64,000 nt of DNA from Candidatus Daviesbacteria bacterium (GCA_030699125.1 JAUYKM010000009.1:6358-70357), one strand, 5' to 3'; positions 1 through 8,728 are shown, counted from the first letter of the stretch. The notes: a model not told the origin generated them from the sequence alone. Numbers and translations are program-made.

Positions 1-342
1 GCTAAAACGCAAGGTCTGGGAGGAAATTTAATTAAAAATAAAACTAAGCTGGGGAAAATAAAATTTGCTTTTTTATCAACTAGATTTGCTAAGAGTCTTC
101 CCACAACTGCCGATGATGTTGATTTACTGGTGGTAGGAACCATAGTGTTGCCAGAACTTCAATCTATCATTTCTGATGAACAAGCCAAGAGGGAAGCAGA
201 AATTAATTATTCTTTTATGGATGAGGCAGAATTTAAATTTAGGGTGAGAAGAAGGGATGGCTTTATCTTAAAAGTATTAATGCAACCTAAGGTGATGTTG
301 ATTGGAGATGAAGATGAACTTTTAGAAGGGGTAATAATTTAA
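1..342 (+). CDS. 5'-truncated nucleotidyltransferase-like domain protein
   Basis: Frame 1 is open from base 1 (AKTQGLGGNLIKNK...FAFLSTRF...DDVDLLVVG). The DxDLLVVG motif is typical of minimal nucleotidyltransferase folds. Confidence 0.6.
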   Translation, partial: AKTQGLGGNLIKNKTKLGKIKFAFLSTRFAKSLPTTADDVDLLVVGTIVLPELQSIISDEQAKREAEINYSFMDEAEFKFRVRRRDGFILKVLMQPKVMLIGDEDELLEGVII

Positions 343-347
343 TAAGA

Positions 348-1649
348 ATGTCAAGATTATTACTTTGGATAATAATTGCCGTTACCACAATTTTCTCTCT
401 GCTGATTAATATTCCCAACTTCCCATCAATTGAGATTTTGGGAAAAGAATATGGCATAGACTTTCCTCTTAGATTAGGACTTGATCTTCAGGGAGGAACT
501 CAATTAATTTTGCAAACCCAAATGGATCAAATTGAAGCTTCTCAAAGAGATGATGCTTTGGAAAGTGCCAAAGAAGTGATTGAGAGGAGGGTTAATTTAT
601 TCGGAGTTTCTGAAGCAGTTGTACAAACATCCAAAGTGGGAGAGGATAGAAGAATTTTGGTGGAATTGCCCGGCTTAAAAAATGCCACTGAGGCTGCCCA
701 GTTAGTTGGTAAAACAGCTCAGTTAGATTTCAGAGAACTTCCTGCTACTTCATCTGCATTGGAAGCAACAGGCTCAGCTTATCTTTTGCAGATCATTACG
801 GAATCTGTTTCTACAGAGTTAACTGGTGCGGATTTGCAATCTGCCAGAGTGGTTTTTGGAGCTACCAACCAACCAGGATCTGGACCCCAAGTTGAGATAA
901 TCTTTACTCTGGAGGGGGCCCAAAAATTTGCTGAAATTACCAAAAAGAATACAGGGAAGCCTTTGGCCATTTTTTTGGACGATCTTTTGATTTCTGCACC
1001 AACGGTGCAACAAGAAATTGTGGGAGGTAATGCTGTGATTACAGGGCAGTTTTCTTCCGATGAAGCTAAAAATTTGGCCATTCAACTAAATGCCGGAGCT
1101 TTACCTGTACCGATTAAGATTTTGGAACAAAGGTCAATTGGCCCCACCTTGGGACAGGAATCAATTAACAAAAGTTTGGTAGCAGGCGGCATTGGACTGA
1201 TGGTAATTCTTTTATATATGGGGGTATATTATGGTGTGCTGGGGATAATAGCAGATTTTGCCTTAATAATTTACACACTAATTATTTTGGCAATTTTTAA
1301 GACTGGTTTATTTATTATTCCTCCCATTACTTTAACCTTGGCAGGAATTGCCGCACTTATTTTATCAATCGGGATGGCAGTTGATGCCAATATTTTAATC
1401 TTTGAAAGAATGAAAGAAGAAATTAGATGGGGAAAGAGTAAATCTTTAGCATTGGAGTTAGGATTTAAAAGGGCTTGGTCCTCAATCTGGGCTTCCAATG
1501 TATCGTCACTCATAACGGCAACCATCCTTTATGGGATGGGACAATCAGTTGTTCGCGGATTCGCAATTACCTTAACAATTGGTGTTTTGGTATCGATGTT
1601 TACTGCCGTTGTAGTAACTAGAACTTTTTTAAAACTTTTGATCAAATGA
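348..1649 (+). CDS. secD: protein translocase subunit SecD
   Basis: LGLDLQGG, IGPTLG and IGMAVDANILIFER motifs; C-terminal TM helices. Confidence 0.97.
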   Translation: MSRLLLWIIIAVTTIFSLLINIPNFPSIEILGKEYGIDFPLRLGLDLQGGTQLILQTQMDQIEASQRDDALESAKEVIERRVNLFGVSEAVVQTSKVGEDRRILVELPGLKNATEAAQLVGKTAQLDFRELPATSSALEATGSAYLLQIITESVSTELTGADLQSARVVFGATNQPGSGPQVEIIFTLEGAQKFAEITKKNTGKPLAIFLDDLLISAPTVQQEIVGGNAVITGQFSSDEAKNLAIQLNAGALPVPIKILEQRSIGPTLGQESINKSLVAGGIGLMVILLYMGVYYGVLGIIADFALIIYTLIILAIFKTGLFIIPPITLTLAGIAALILSIGMAVDANILIFERMKEEIRWGKSKSLALELGFKRAWSSIWASNVSSLITATILYGMGQSVVRGFAITLTIGVLVSMFTAVVVTRTFLKLLIK

Positions 1650-2521
1650 CTAAATTTAAAACCAGGAAACCACATTATGAATATTTAAGGAAAAAATGGG
1701 TTGCCAAACATAGAAAGATTCAAGAGGATTTATGGGAGAAACATGGTGAATCTTTGCGGAAAATGGCTATCGGTGGTTTGGGAGGATTATTACTTCTGTC
1801 AGCTCCGCAAAATCAACCTTTGCCGGAAGGTGTTTTAATTGCTACAAGAGATGATGTAGTTAAAGATATTGATCAAAATATATTATTGGCTCAAGATTTA
1901 AATCAGGAGTTACCTCCTGAGGTCAGATCATTAAGTCCTGAGGAGGAGGAAAAGATATTGGATGCATTATCTAAAAATTTTGGGTTCTCTGTTAAGAGTG
2001 AACTAAAGGGGGTAAGGCTTAATAGAAATTATGGACTGATTGGAGGGGAGCAACATCTGTATCGCTATCCAGGGGACAGCTTGCAAGCTCATGCCGATAA
2101 TGCTACAGATTGGGCCATGTATGGTTCATCGGGAATTGCTCCGGGGCTTGGAGCCTGGGGTTACTTTGCTCCCTCTAAGGATGAATTTAGTGAAATCGAT
2201 AAAGAAAGAGAAAGATATTATTTGGCTATTCAAACTTTTTTGGCCCCTGGTTTTTCGGAAAATGTGGGAAAATATAGGGACTTTTTTAAATACAGAAAAA
2301 TGCTGGTGGTGAACTCCAAAACAGGACAAAGTGTAGTTGCAGTAGTAGGAGATGCCGGGCCAGCTGAGTGGACAGGGAAACATCTAGGAGGTTCACCAGA
2401 AGTGATGCATTTTTTAGGTTTGTCAGAAGGACCCAGAAAAGGTCCGGTACTTTATTTTTTTATTGACGATCCGAATGATAAAATTCCCCTAGGTCCTGTT
2501 AGGGTGAAAAGGAGTGCATAG
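1646..2521 (+). CDS. hypothetical protein, possible RlpA/DPBB-like C-terminal barrel
   Basis: 291-aa ORF coupled to secD (ATGA overlap). VVNSKTGQSVVAVVGDAGP resembles double-psi beta-barrel motifs. Confidence 0.55.
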   Translation: MTKFKTRKPHYEYLRKKWVAKHRKIQEDLWEKHGESLRKMAIGGLGGLLLLSAPQNQPLPEGVLIATRDDVVKDIDQNILLAQDLNQELPPEVRSLSPEEEEKILDALSKNFGFSVKSELKGVRLNRNYGLIGGEQHLYRYPGDSLQAHADNATDWAMYGSSGIAPGLGAWGYFAPSKDEFSEIDKERERYYLAIQTFLAPGFSENVGKYRDFFKYRKMLVVNSKTGQSVVAVVGDAGPAEWTGKHLGGSPEVMHFLGLSEGPRKGPVLYFFIDDPNDKIPLGPVRVKRSA

Positions 2522-2531
2522 CAATAAAATT

Positions 2532-2864
2532 ATGAAACAATTTTATTCCCATCTTATTGAAATAGAATCATTAATTGTAGAGCTTGATAAATTGGATTTG
2601 GCTGATGAACAAAAAAAGCATTTAGGTGAATTAATAGATTCCAGTTTGCATCATACTATTTTAGATGCGGTTCTTTCGGAATTATCTGAAGATGATAAAA
2701 GAATATTCATAAAACATTTAGAGGAAGGTGATCATCAAAAAATCTGGCAATTTTTAAATGAAAAAATAGAAAATATTGAAGATAAAATAAAGAAAGCTGG
2801 GGAGAGTCTAAAAGAGGAATTGCATAAAGATCTAAAAAGAGCAAAGAAAGAGAAAAATTCATGA
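2532..2864 (+). CDS. helical hypothetical protein
   Basis: ORF overlaps the secF start; ATG at 2532 preferred over the upstream GTG. Confidence 0.7.
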   Translation: MKQFYSHLIEIESLIVELDKLDLADEQKKHLGELIDSSLHHTILDAVLSELSEDDKRIFIKHLEEGDHQKIWQFLNEKIENIEDKIKKAGESLKEELHKDLKRAKKEKNS

Positions 2865-3745
2865 AATTAATGCGATTTAAACTATGGTATTTTATATTCT
2901 CATTACTGATAATTTTGCCCGGTCTTTATTTTTTAATAACGTCCGGTTTAAGGCTTGGTATTGATTTTACTGGTGGGTCACTTCTTGAATATAAATTTGG
3001 TGAATCAGTTTCAACAAACCAAATAAAAGATGAATTTTCAAAGGGAGGTGTTGAGATTGGACAAATCTCCCAAACCTCAGAGAATTATTTTATTATCCGG
3101 ACTAAACCGGTTGAACAGGAAAATTTGAATAATTTGAAAAAGGAACTCAATGACAAATTTGGCAGTTTGGAAATCAGGAGAGAAGAAAATATTGGTCCAA
3201 CCATTGGTCAAGAAATCACCAATAAGGCAATGATTGCCATTGGGTTGGCCTCACTGGCCATAGTTTTATACATCTCCTTTACCTTTAGAAAAGTACCCAA
3301 ACCCCAATCATCGTATAGATTTGGGATTGCTGCAGTTTTGGCGCTTTTGCATGATATTTTAATTGTGGTGGGAGTTTTTGCCATTTTAGGCAAATTTTTA
3401 TCTGTGGAGGTAGATATTCTTTTTGTGACAGCACTTTTGACCATTATCGGATTTTCAGTTCATGATACTATCGTGGTATTTGACAGAATTAGGGAAAATC
3501 TTTTAAAAAATGTGGGGAAAAAATTTATTGATGTTGCCGATGTATCCATAATACAGACGTTAACCAGATCCTTAAATACCTCGCTTACAGTGATTTTTGT
3601 ATTATTTCCCATGCTTCTTTTTGGAGGTGAATCTTTAAGGTGGTTTACATTTGCCCTTTTGGTGGGAATTATCTCCGGAACTTATTCCTCTATCTTTAAT
3701 GCGACAGCATTACTGGTCTGGTGGGAGGAACGCTTAGGTCATTAA
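2861..3745 (+). CDS. secF: protein translocase subunit SecF
   Basis: LGIDFTGG, GFSVHDTIVVFDRIRE and GTYSSIF motifs. Confidence 0.97.
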   Translation: MKLMRFKLWYFIFSLLIILPGLYFLITSGLRLGIDFTGGSLLEYKFGESVSTNQIKDEFSKGGVEIGQISQTSENYFIIRTKPVEQENLNNLKKELNDKFGSLEIRREENIGPTIGQEITNKAMIAIGLASLAIVLYISFTFRKVPKPQSSYRFGIAAVLALLHDILIVVGVFAILGKFLSVEVDILFVTALLTIIGFSVHDTIVVFDRIRENLLKNVGKKFIDVADVSIIQTLTRSLNTSLTVIFVLFPMLLFGGESLRWFTFALLVGIISGTYSSIFNATALLVWWEERLGH

Positions 3746-4182
3746 ACTTTTAGACGGCTAAGTTTATAAATTGCATAAAAAGTAGGAATCTGTAGTAAGA
3801 AATTAAATAGCGTTTTCATTAATGCTGGATGCCAGTCGGGTTGTATAAAAAATCCACTGAATTGATCTAAAAAATTAAGTATCTGTTTGTCTAGCAGAAA
3901 TCCATATAGAATTATTAGGTTCCAAGATATTAATATATACCAAAATAAAAATAGCCAAAATTTTGGGGATAGAATTTTCTTTTTGAATGTAAAAGAATAC
4001 AAACCTATTATTGATATTACCTCTGATGTATATATCGACCAATCGAAAGCATTGAATTTAGCAAGCCCGATACGAGATCCAATTATCAGAAAAAGTGAGG
4101 CAATTAATAGGCTACCTAATGAAAACCAAAAGTATAGTTTCCAAAATAATAAGTTGCTAATAAGCCTTTTTAAAGTAGCCAT
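3742..4182 (-). CDS. membrane hypothetical protein
   Basis: 146 aa with about 4 hydrophobic segments, directly downstream of cca. Confidence 0.65.
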   Translation of the reverse strand: MATLKRLISNLLFWKLYFWFSLGSLLIASLFLIIGSRIGLAKFNAFDWSIYTSEVISIIGLYSFTFKKKILSPKFWLFLFWYILISWNLIILYGFLLDKQILNFLDQFSGFFIQPDWHPALMKTLFNFLLQIPTFYAIYKLSRLKV

Positions 4183-4191
4183 ATTTTAAAT

Positions 4192-5547
4192 TTAATCTAT
4201 ATGCTGAATTTTTTCAAGTAAATAATCTCTCTTATTCTTTGTAGAATCTTCTAAGACTTCCTCAAAAAGTTTTTGGAGGATCTCTCCCACTTTTGGGCCG
4301 GGCTTAATGTTTAAAACTTTCATCACATCATGGCCATCCACTTTTAAATCAGCAATGGAAAATGGTTTTTTCAAAACTTGTTTAATTTTTTCTTTAAATT
4401 TTTCCATCCTCCATGATGTTTCTCTCTGTGTTCCTCCACCTAATCTATCACCAACTCGAAGAGCCATCATATCTTCGATATTTTCCAACCTCACATTTTT
4501 TATAAAACGCCTGATGGCAGAATCTGTTTGATCTTCATTAACAGAAAACATATGCCACCTGATTAATCTATAGAGCTTTTCAGTTTGTTTTTTAGATAGA
4601 TTAAATCTTTTGGCAATCTTCCTAGCTATATTTGCGCCCACCACATCATGTTGATAGAATGTGACATTGCCATCCTCTTGAGTGGAGACTGTATCAGGTT
4701 TACCAACATCATGGAGCAAGGCGGCAAATTTGGTAAGAGGATCATCTGATGGAGCATATTTGAGAGTAAGTAGGGAGTGTTCGCCAATATCATAGACTCT
4801 GTCATGTTTTGGTCCCTCCTGTTTAAGACCAAAACACCCCTCAAGTTCCGGCAAAATAATTTGCAGTATCCCCGCCTCCCTAAGTTTAACTATACCTATG
4901 TATGAACTGCTAGATGCAAGAATCTTGAAAAGTTCATCCCTGACTCTTTCATTGGCGATTTCTTTTAAAAGATGGGCATTTTTTGTGATAGCTGCAAAAG
5001 TTTTTTTCTCTATATCAAAACCCAATTCTGTGGCAAATCGAATGGCACGAATAAGACGTAGGGCATCTTCTTGGAACCTTTTCTGTGGATCACCCACAGC
5101 TCTAATGATTTTGTCTTTAATATCATCTTGACCATGGAATGGATCAGTTAATTGGATCCCCCGATTAAATCGGGGGATGACAGAGGCGGCAATGGCATTA
5201 ATAGTAAAATCCCTGCGAGCTAAATCTTCCTCAATATTATCTGTCCAGGAAAGCTTATCCGGATGACGGTGATCTTTATATATTCCCTCTTTTCTCATGG
5301 TGGTGATTTCAAAAATTCCATCACCACTATCAAACCCAACTGTACCAAACTTATTATCATAAAATCCCTCAGGAATCACTTTTAAAATCTCCTCCGGTTT
5401 TGCATCAGTGGTAAAATCCCAGTCCTTGACCTGCTTTTTCGTTAAAAGATCTCGGACTGCCCCTCCCACTATGTAAATTTGAAAGTTGGCTTTTTGAAAT
5501 TTATCTAAAATATTTTTTACTCTGGAAGGTAGTGTATAATCGTTCAT
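4192..5547 (-). CDS. cca: CCA-adding tRNA nucleotidyltransferase with HD domain
   Basis: VGGAVRD, DWDFTT, RRDFTINA, EDALRLIRA and LLHDVGKP motifs. Start is ATG 5547 or GTG 5562. Confidence 0.92.
   Translation of the reverse strand: MNDYTLPSRVKNILDKFQKANFQIYIVGGAVRDLLTKKQVKDWDFTTDAKPEEILKVIPEGFYDNKFGTVGFDSGDGIFEITTMRKEGIYKDHRHPDKLSWTDNIEEDLARRDFTINAIAASVIPRFNRGIQLTDPFHGQDDIKDKIIRAVGDPQKRFQEDALRLIRAIRFATELGFDIEKKTFAAITKNAHLLKEIANERVRDELFKILASSSSYIGIVKLREAGILQIILPELEGCFGLKQEGPKHDRVYDIGEHSLLTLKYAPSDDPLTKFAALLHDVGKPDTVSTQEDGNVTFYQHDVVGANIARKIAKRFNLSKKQTEKLYRLIRWHMFSVNEDQTDSAIRRFIKNVRLENIEDMMALRVGDRLGGGTQRETSWRMEKFKEKIKQVLKKPFSIADLKVDGHDVMKVLNIKPGPKVGEILQKLFEEVLEDSTKNKRDYLLEKIQHID
5147..5182 (-). 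repeat. palindromic element inserted in-frame in cca
   Basis: Minus strand tgtcatcccccgatttaatcgggggatccaattaac matches the left end of the GIY-YIG element at 63117; encodes VIPRFNRGIQL. Confidence 0.85.
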
Positions 5548-5617
5548 GATTTCATCATTCACTTCTTGTAACGCGTTGCGTTATAATCGTTCATGTTGTA
5601 ATTGTATCTTTAAGTGT

Positions 5618-7222
5618 ATGAAATGGAAAGTATTACCCAAAAAGTCCGATGATTTAGTGGAGCAGTTACTGGCAAACAGGGGAATTAAAACTACTCAAGA
5701 AAAAGAGCAATTTTTTCATCCCAAAATTTCAGATTACGAGAAGGATATTGATATTGCCGGAATAAAAAAGGCACAGGAAAGAATAAAAAAAGCAATAAAA
5801 AATAATGAACTAATTATTGTTTATGGAGATTATGATGTAGATGGAATATGCGGCTGCGCTTGTCTTTATAAAGCACTAACTTCAATTGGAGCAAAAGTTT
5901 TGCCTTATATTCCACATAGAGAAAAAGAAGGATATGGATTATCAAAAATAGGATTGGAGTCGGCTAAAAATTCTGGCGCCCGGTTAATAATAACTGTTGA
6001 TAATGGCATAGTTGCCAATCCTCAAGCAGACTATGCAAAAATTTTAGGCCTGGATTTAATTATTACTGATCACCATATTCCGGCAAAAATTAAACCGGAC
6101 GCTTATGAAATAATTCATTCTACCAAGATGTGTGGAGCCGCTGTTGGTTGGTGTCTTATCCGAGGATTAATAAAAAAGGATTTGGCAACAGAATTGTTGC
6201 AATTTGTTTGCCTTGCCACCATCTGTGATGTGATGCTTCTTTTGGAAGTTAATAGAGCATATGTTTCGGAAGGTTTGAAAATTTTAAACCGGACAACTAA
6301 TTTAGGATTATTATCTTTAATCAATGAATCAGGATTAAGACTTGGGAATATTGGTTCTTATGAGATAGGTCACGTTTTAGGGCCAAGATTGAATGCTATG
6401 GGAAGATTGGAAAATGCCATGGATTCATTAAGACTTCTTTGCACCAAAGATCCTCAAAGGGCCAGAAATTTGGCAAGACTTTTGTGTAAGACTAATACCA
6501 GTCGCCAAAAAATGACCGAAGAAGCAGTTGAAGAAGCACATGTTTTAGTGAATAAAGGAATCAGTGTACAGGTATTACATTCTAAAAAATGGTCCATGGG
6601 AATTGTGGGACTGATTGCTGGAAGAATTGCCGAAAGCTACTCTCGTCCTACCATAGCAATTTCAGTGGGAGAAACTGTTGCTAAGGGATCAGCCAGATCT
6701 GTTAATGGAGTAAATATAGTTGAGTTTATCAGAAATTTTTCCGATATTTTAATTGATGTGGGAGGGCATCCGCAAGCTGCTGGTTTTTCGCTGGAGTCTA
6801 AAAATGTGACAATCTTTAAAAGAAGAGTAGAAGAATATATTTTGGAATTACCTGAAGAAGGAGAAAAAGTTTTAGAAATAGATGCAGAAGTTGAAACTAA
6901 ACAAATTAGTAAGGGTTTAATTGAACAGATATCTAAGTTTGAACCATTTGGTGTTAAAAATCCTAGGCCCATTTTTGCAACTTATAAAATGCAAATTTCA
7001 GATATTAGAACAGTAGGATTGGGGAAACATCTAAAGTTTAAAGCGAATAATATAGACGCTATTGCCTTTGGCATGGGGGAGATGGAATCGCTACTGGCTA
7101 ATGGGCAGCAAATTCACCCTGAGCGAAGTCGAAGGGTAGATTTGGCTTATACACCAGAAATTGATAGTTACAATGATTTTGAAAAACTACAACTAAAAGT
7201 AAAGGATATTCGCATTAGTTAA
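5618..7222 (+). CDS. recJ: single-stranded-DNA exonuclease RecJ
   Basis: YGDYDVDG, ITVDNG, TDHH, GPRLNAMGR and GGHPQAAG motifs; ATG at 5618 (MKWKVLPK). Confidence 0.96.
   Translation: MKWKVLPKKSDDLVEQLLANRGIKTTQEKEQFFHPKISDYEKDIDIAGIKKAQERIKKAIKNNELIIVYGDYDVDGICGCACLYKALTSIGAKVLPYIPHREKEGYGLSKIGLESAKNSGARLIITVDNGIVANPQADYAKILGLDLIITDHHIPAKIKPDAYEIIHSTKMCGAAVGWCLIRGLIKKDLATELLQFVCLATICDVMLLLEVNRAYVSEGLKILNRTTNLGLLSLINESGLRLGNIGSYEIGHVLGPRLNAMGRLENAMDSLRLLCTKDPQRARNLARLLCKTNTSRQKMTEEAVEEAHVLVNKGISVQVLHSKKWSMGIVGLIAGRIAESYSRPTIAISVGETVAKGSARSVNGVNIVEFIRNFSDILIDVGGHPQAAGFSLESKNVTIFKRRVEEYILELPEEGEKVLEIDAEVETKQISKGLIEQISKFEPFGVKNPRPIFATYKMQISDIRTVGLGKHLKFKANNIDAIAFGMGEMESLLANGQQIHPERSRRVDLAYTPEIDSYNDFEKLQLKVKDIRIS
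7115..7136 (+). repeat. REP-like element in-frame in recJ
   Basis: caccctgagcgaagtcgaaggg encodes HPERSRR; related sequence on the opposite strand at 38373-38420. Confidence 0.7.
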
Positions 7223-7239
7223 TTTCTGTTTCTGGTTGT

Positions 7240-7446
7240 TTATCTATAATTTAATGACTTACCAGTACTGATATCCATAAATCGTCCTGGCGCAACTCGT
7301 ACGACAGATCTAGTCGGATCTAAGTTTATAGGTTGAGTCACTTTTTGAATAACTTGTTGCTTTGTTGCTTCCTCTGGTTTTCTACCAACTTGACTTTTCC
7401 TAGAAACAAATCCCATAACTCCTCCGGTTTGTTCTAACTCTAGCAT
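7240..7446 (-). CDS. orphan small protein downstream of the Ile-rich leader
   Basis: 68 aa; strong SD aaaggaggtga just upstream of the ATG. Confidence 0.8.
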   Translation of the reverse strand: MLELEQTGGVMGFVSRKSQVGRKPEEATKQQVIQKVTQPINLDPTRSVVRVAPGRFMDISTGKSLNYR

Positions 7447-7478
7447 TATTATTCACCTCCTTTCATATTCTTTCCACT

Positions 7479-7502
7479 AAAAAACCTCCCATTTGGGAGG
7501 CT
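7479..7502 (-). terminator. attenuator terminator (Ile unit)
   Basis: Minus strand agcctccc-aaat-gggagg-tttttt. Confidence 0.85.
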
Positions 7503-7531
7503 TAAATTTTGCAAAAGGTTTTAAATAAACC

Positions 7532-7597
7532 TTATGACAAAACGCCTCCCTTCCGGGAAGTAATAATTCCAATAATTTGTATACTTTTATTTTTCAC
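7532..7597 (-). CDS. Ile-rich attenuator leader peptide MKNKSIQIIGIITSRKGGVLS
   Basis: GTG start 8 nt after a -10 box; 5 Ile in 7 consecutive codons; contains gggaggc, complementary to the terminator 5' arm. Confidence 0.8.
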   Translation of the reverse strand: MKNKSIQIIGIITSRKGGVLS

Positions 7598-7605
7598 GTT
7601 TTTAG

Positions 7606-7635
7606 ATATTAACATGAATAACCAATTGCTGTCAA
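7606..7635 (-). promoter_or_regulatory. sigma70 promoter of Ile unit
   Basis: TTGACA-N18-TAATAT with an extended TG. Confidence 0.7.
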
Positions 7636-7640
7636 AAAAA

Positions 7641-7982
7641 TTATTTTGTTTTCCTTAGTCTTTGACGATAAGTTTGGATTTCTGTCATTAGAGTTGTAAG
7701 TGTAAGTCTTCCATATTGCTCAGGTTTACTACCCCAACAAACTACTCTTTCTAAAACTTCAGCCATTCTGTCTACAGCATTGAATGGGTTTTCTATATGA
7801 ACAAATCCTTCTGGCTCTGCTCCTTCAGCATGAGGAGTATTTGCCAAAGCACTATACGCTATTCCATTTGCTCTGTTTACAATAATTCCAGCATGGGGTT
7901 CGCCTTTTTTGGCAATAGACTTCATTCTTCTTTTAATCAATTGGATTTCCTCCAATCCTATTCCTTTAATTTCTTCTACCAT
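7641..7982 (-). CDS. orphan protein, second gene of the Leu unit
   Basis: 113 aa; SD gaaaggaggtg upstream. Confidence 0.8.
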   Translation of the reverse strand: MVEEIKGIGLEEIQLIKRRMKSIAKKGEPHAGIIVNRANGIAYSALANTPHAEGAEPEGFVHIENPFNAVDRMAEVLERVVCWGSKPEQYGRLTLTTLMTEIQTYRQRLRKTK

Positions 7983-7998
7983 TTTTAAACACCTCCTT

Positions 7999-8187
7999 TC
8001 ATTTTTTTCTTATATCTCTCGCATCAAAATCGGGAATCCAACCACGTTGTCCGTTAAGAGATCTTTCCAGTGCATATCTTCCTGCTACAGATCTTGGATC
8101 ATTCCCACATTCTTCTAACATTTGCAAATATCTTTGGCTAGGTTGCTGACAAAATTGTAAACTGGTTTCTAATTCTCTCATTGCCAT
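7999..8187 (-). CDS. orphan small protein directly after the Leu attenuator
   Basis: 62 aa; ATG abuts the terminator U-tract and the SD (ggagg) lies in the terminator 3' arm. Confidence 0.7.
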   Translation of the reverse strand: MAMRELETSLQFCQQPSQRYLQMLEECGNDPRSVAGRYALERSLNGQRGWIPDFDARDIRKK

Positions 8188-8212
8188 AAAAAAACCTCCC
8201 GTTTGGGAGGTC
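8188..8212 (-). terminator. attenuator terminator (Leu unit)
   Basis: Minus strand gacctccc-aaac-gggagg-ttttttt. Confidence 0.85.
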
Positions 8213-8239
8213 TACTTCCTTTCTCTTTTAGAAGTTTAT

Positions 8240-8320
8240 CTAAAAGGACCTCCCGGAAAGATCTCCCAAAAGGAGATCTAAATTAAGGAGATTAATTAAA
8301 ATATTTGAACTGTTGATCAT
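8240..8320 (-). CDS. Leu-rich attenuator leader peptide MINSSNILINLLNLDLLLGDLSGRSF
   Basis: 8 Leu codons within codons 8-21; ends with gggaggtc, complementary to gacctccc of the terminator. Confidence 0.8.
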   Translation of the reverse strand: MINSSNILINLLNLDLLLGDLSGRSF

Positions 8321-8361
8321 TTTAATAAAAAACTACAAGCCAGTGCTCATAGAATAAATAA

Positions 8362-8391
8362 ATTATAAGGGCAGTTAAGGCAGTTTGTCAA
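8362..8391 (-). promoter_or_regulatory. sigma70 promoter of Leu unit
   Basis: Perfect TTGACA-N18-TATAAT overlapping the end of the upstream ORF. Confidence 0.8.
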
Positions 8392-8581
8392 CTGATTGAT
8401 TATACAGTACTTTATAAGGGCTATACACCTCATTTATTCCATTCCACTGGAAGGTAGCAGTGAAGCCATTTCTTGGATTAGTATAAGTTACAACCTCATT
8501 GTGCTGATGACCTAAAGGACTATTTTTAGGAACTCTTGGTTCTGTATAATTTCCAACATCTTTTATAGCTTCAAGTGTCAT
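8375..8581 (-). CDS. orphan small protein downstream of the Phe-rich leader
   Basis: 68 aa; SD gaaaggaggag upstream. Confidence 0.8.
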   Translation of the reverse strand: MTLEAIKDVGNYTEPRVPKNSPLGHQHNEVVTYTNPRNGFTATFQWNGINEVYSPYKVLYNQSVDKLP

Positions 8582-8605
8582 ATTTATCTCCTCCTTTCTT
8601 CAACT

Positions 8606-8635
8606 AAAAACCCCCGCTTGATATAAGTCGGAGGT
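8606..8635 (-). terminator. attenuator terminator (Phe unit)
   Basis: Minus strand acctccg-acttatatcaag-cggggg-ttttt. Confidence 0.8.
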
Positions 8636-8673
8636 CGATATTAAGTTGATTTTTTACCAAAACCAACCTCCGC

Positions 8674-8721
8674 TTAAGCGAAGGTAAAGAAGAAGTTAAA
8701 ATTTCTTCTTTGGTTTTGCAT
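8674..8721 (-). CDS. Phe-rich attenuator leader peptide MQNQRRNFNFFFTFA
   Basis: 15 aa with 5 Phe; ends FFFTFA (E. coli PheL ends FFFTFP); hairpin accttcgc-ttaa-gcggaggt spans the stop codon. Confidence 0.85.
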   Translation of the reverse strand: MQNQRRNFNFFFTFA

Positions 8722-8728
8722 GAAGAAT

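Noticed and set aside
5546-5617. Cys-rich N-terminal extension of RecJ
   Set aside because: It overlaps the divergent cca start and promoter region; RecJ-like sequence begins at MKWKVL (5618).
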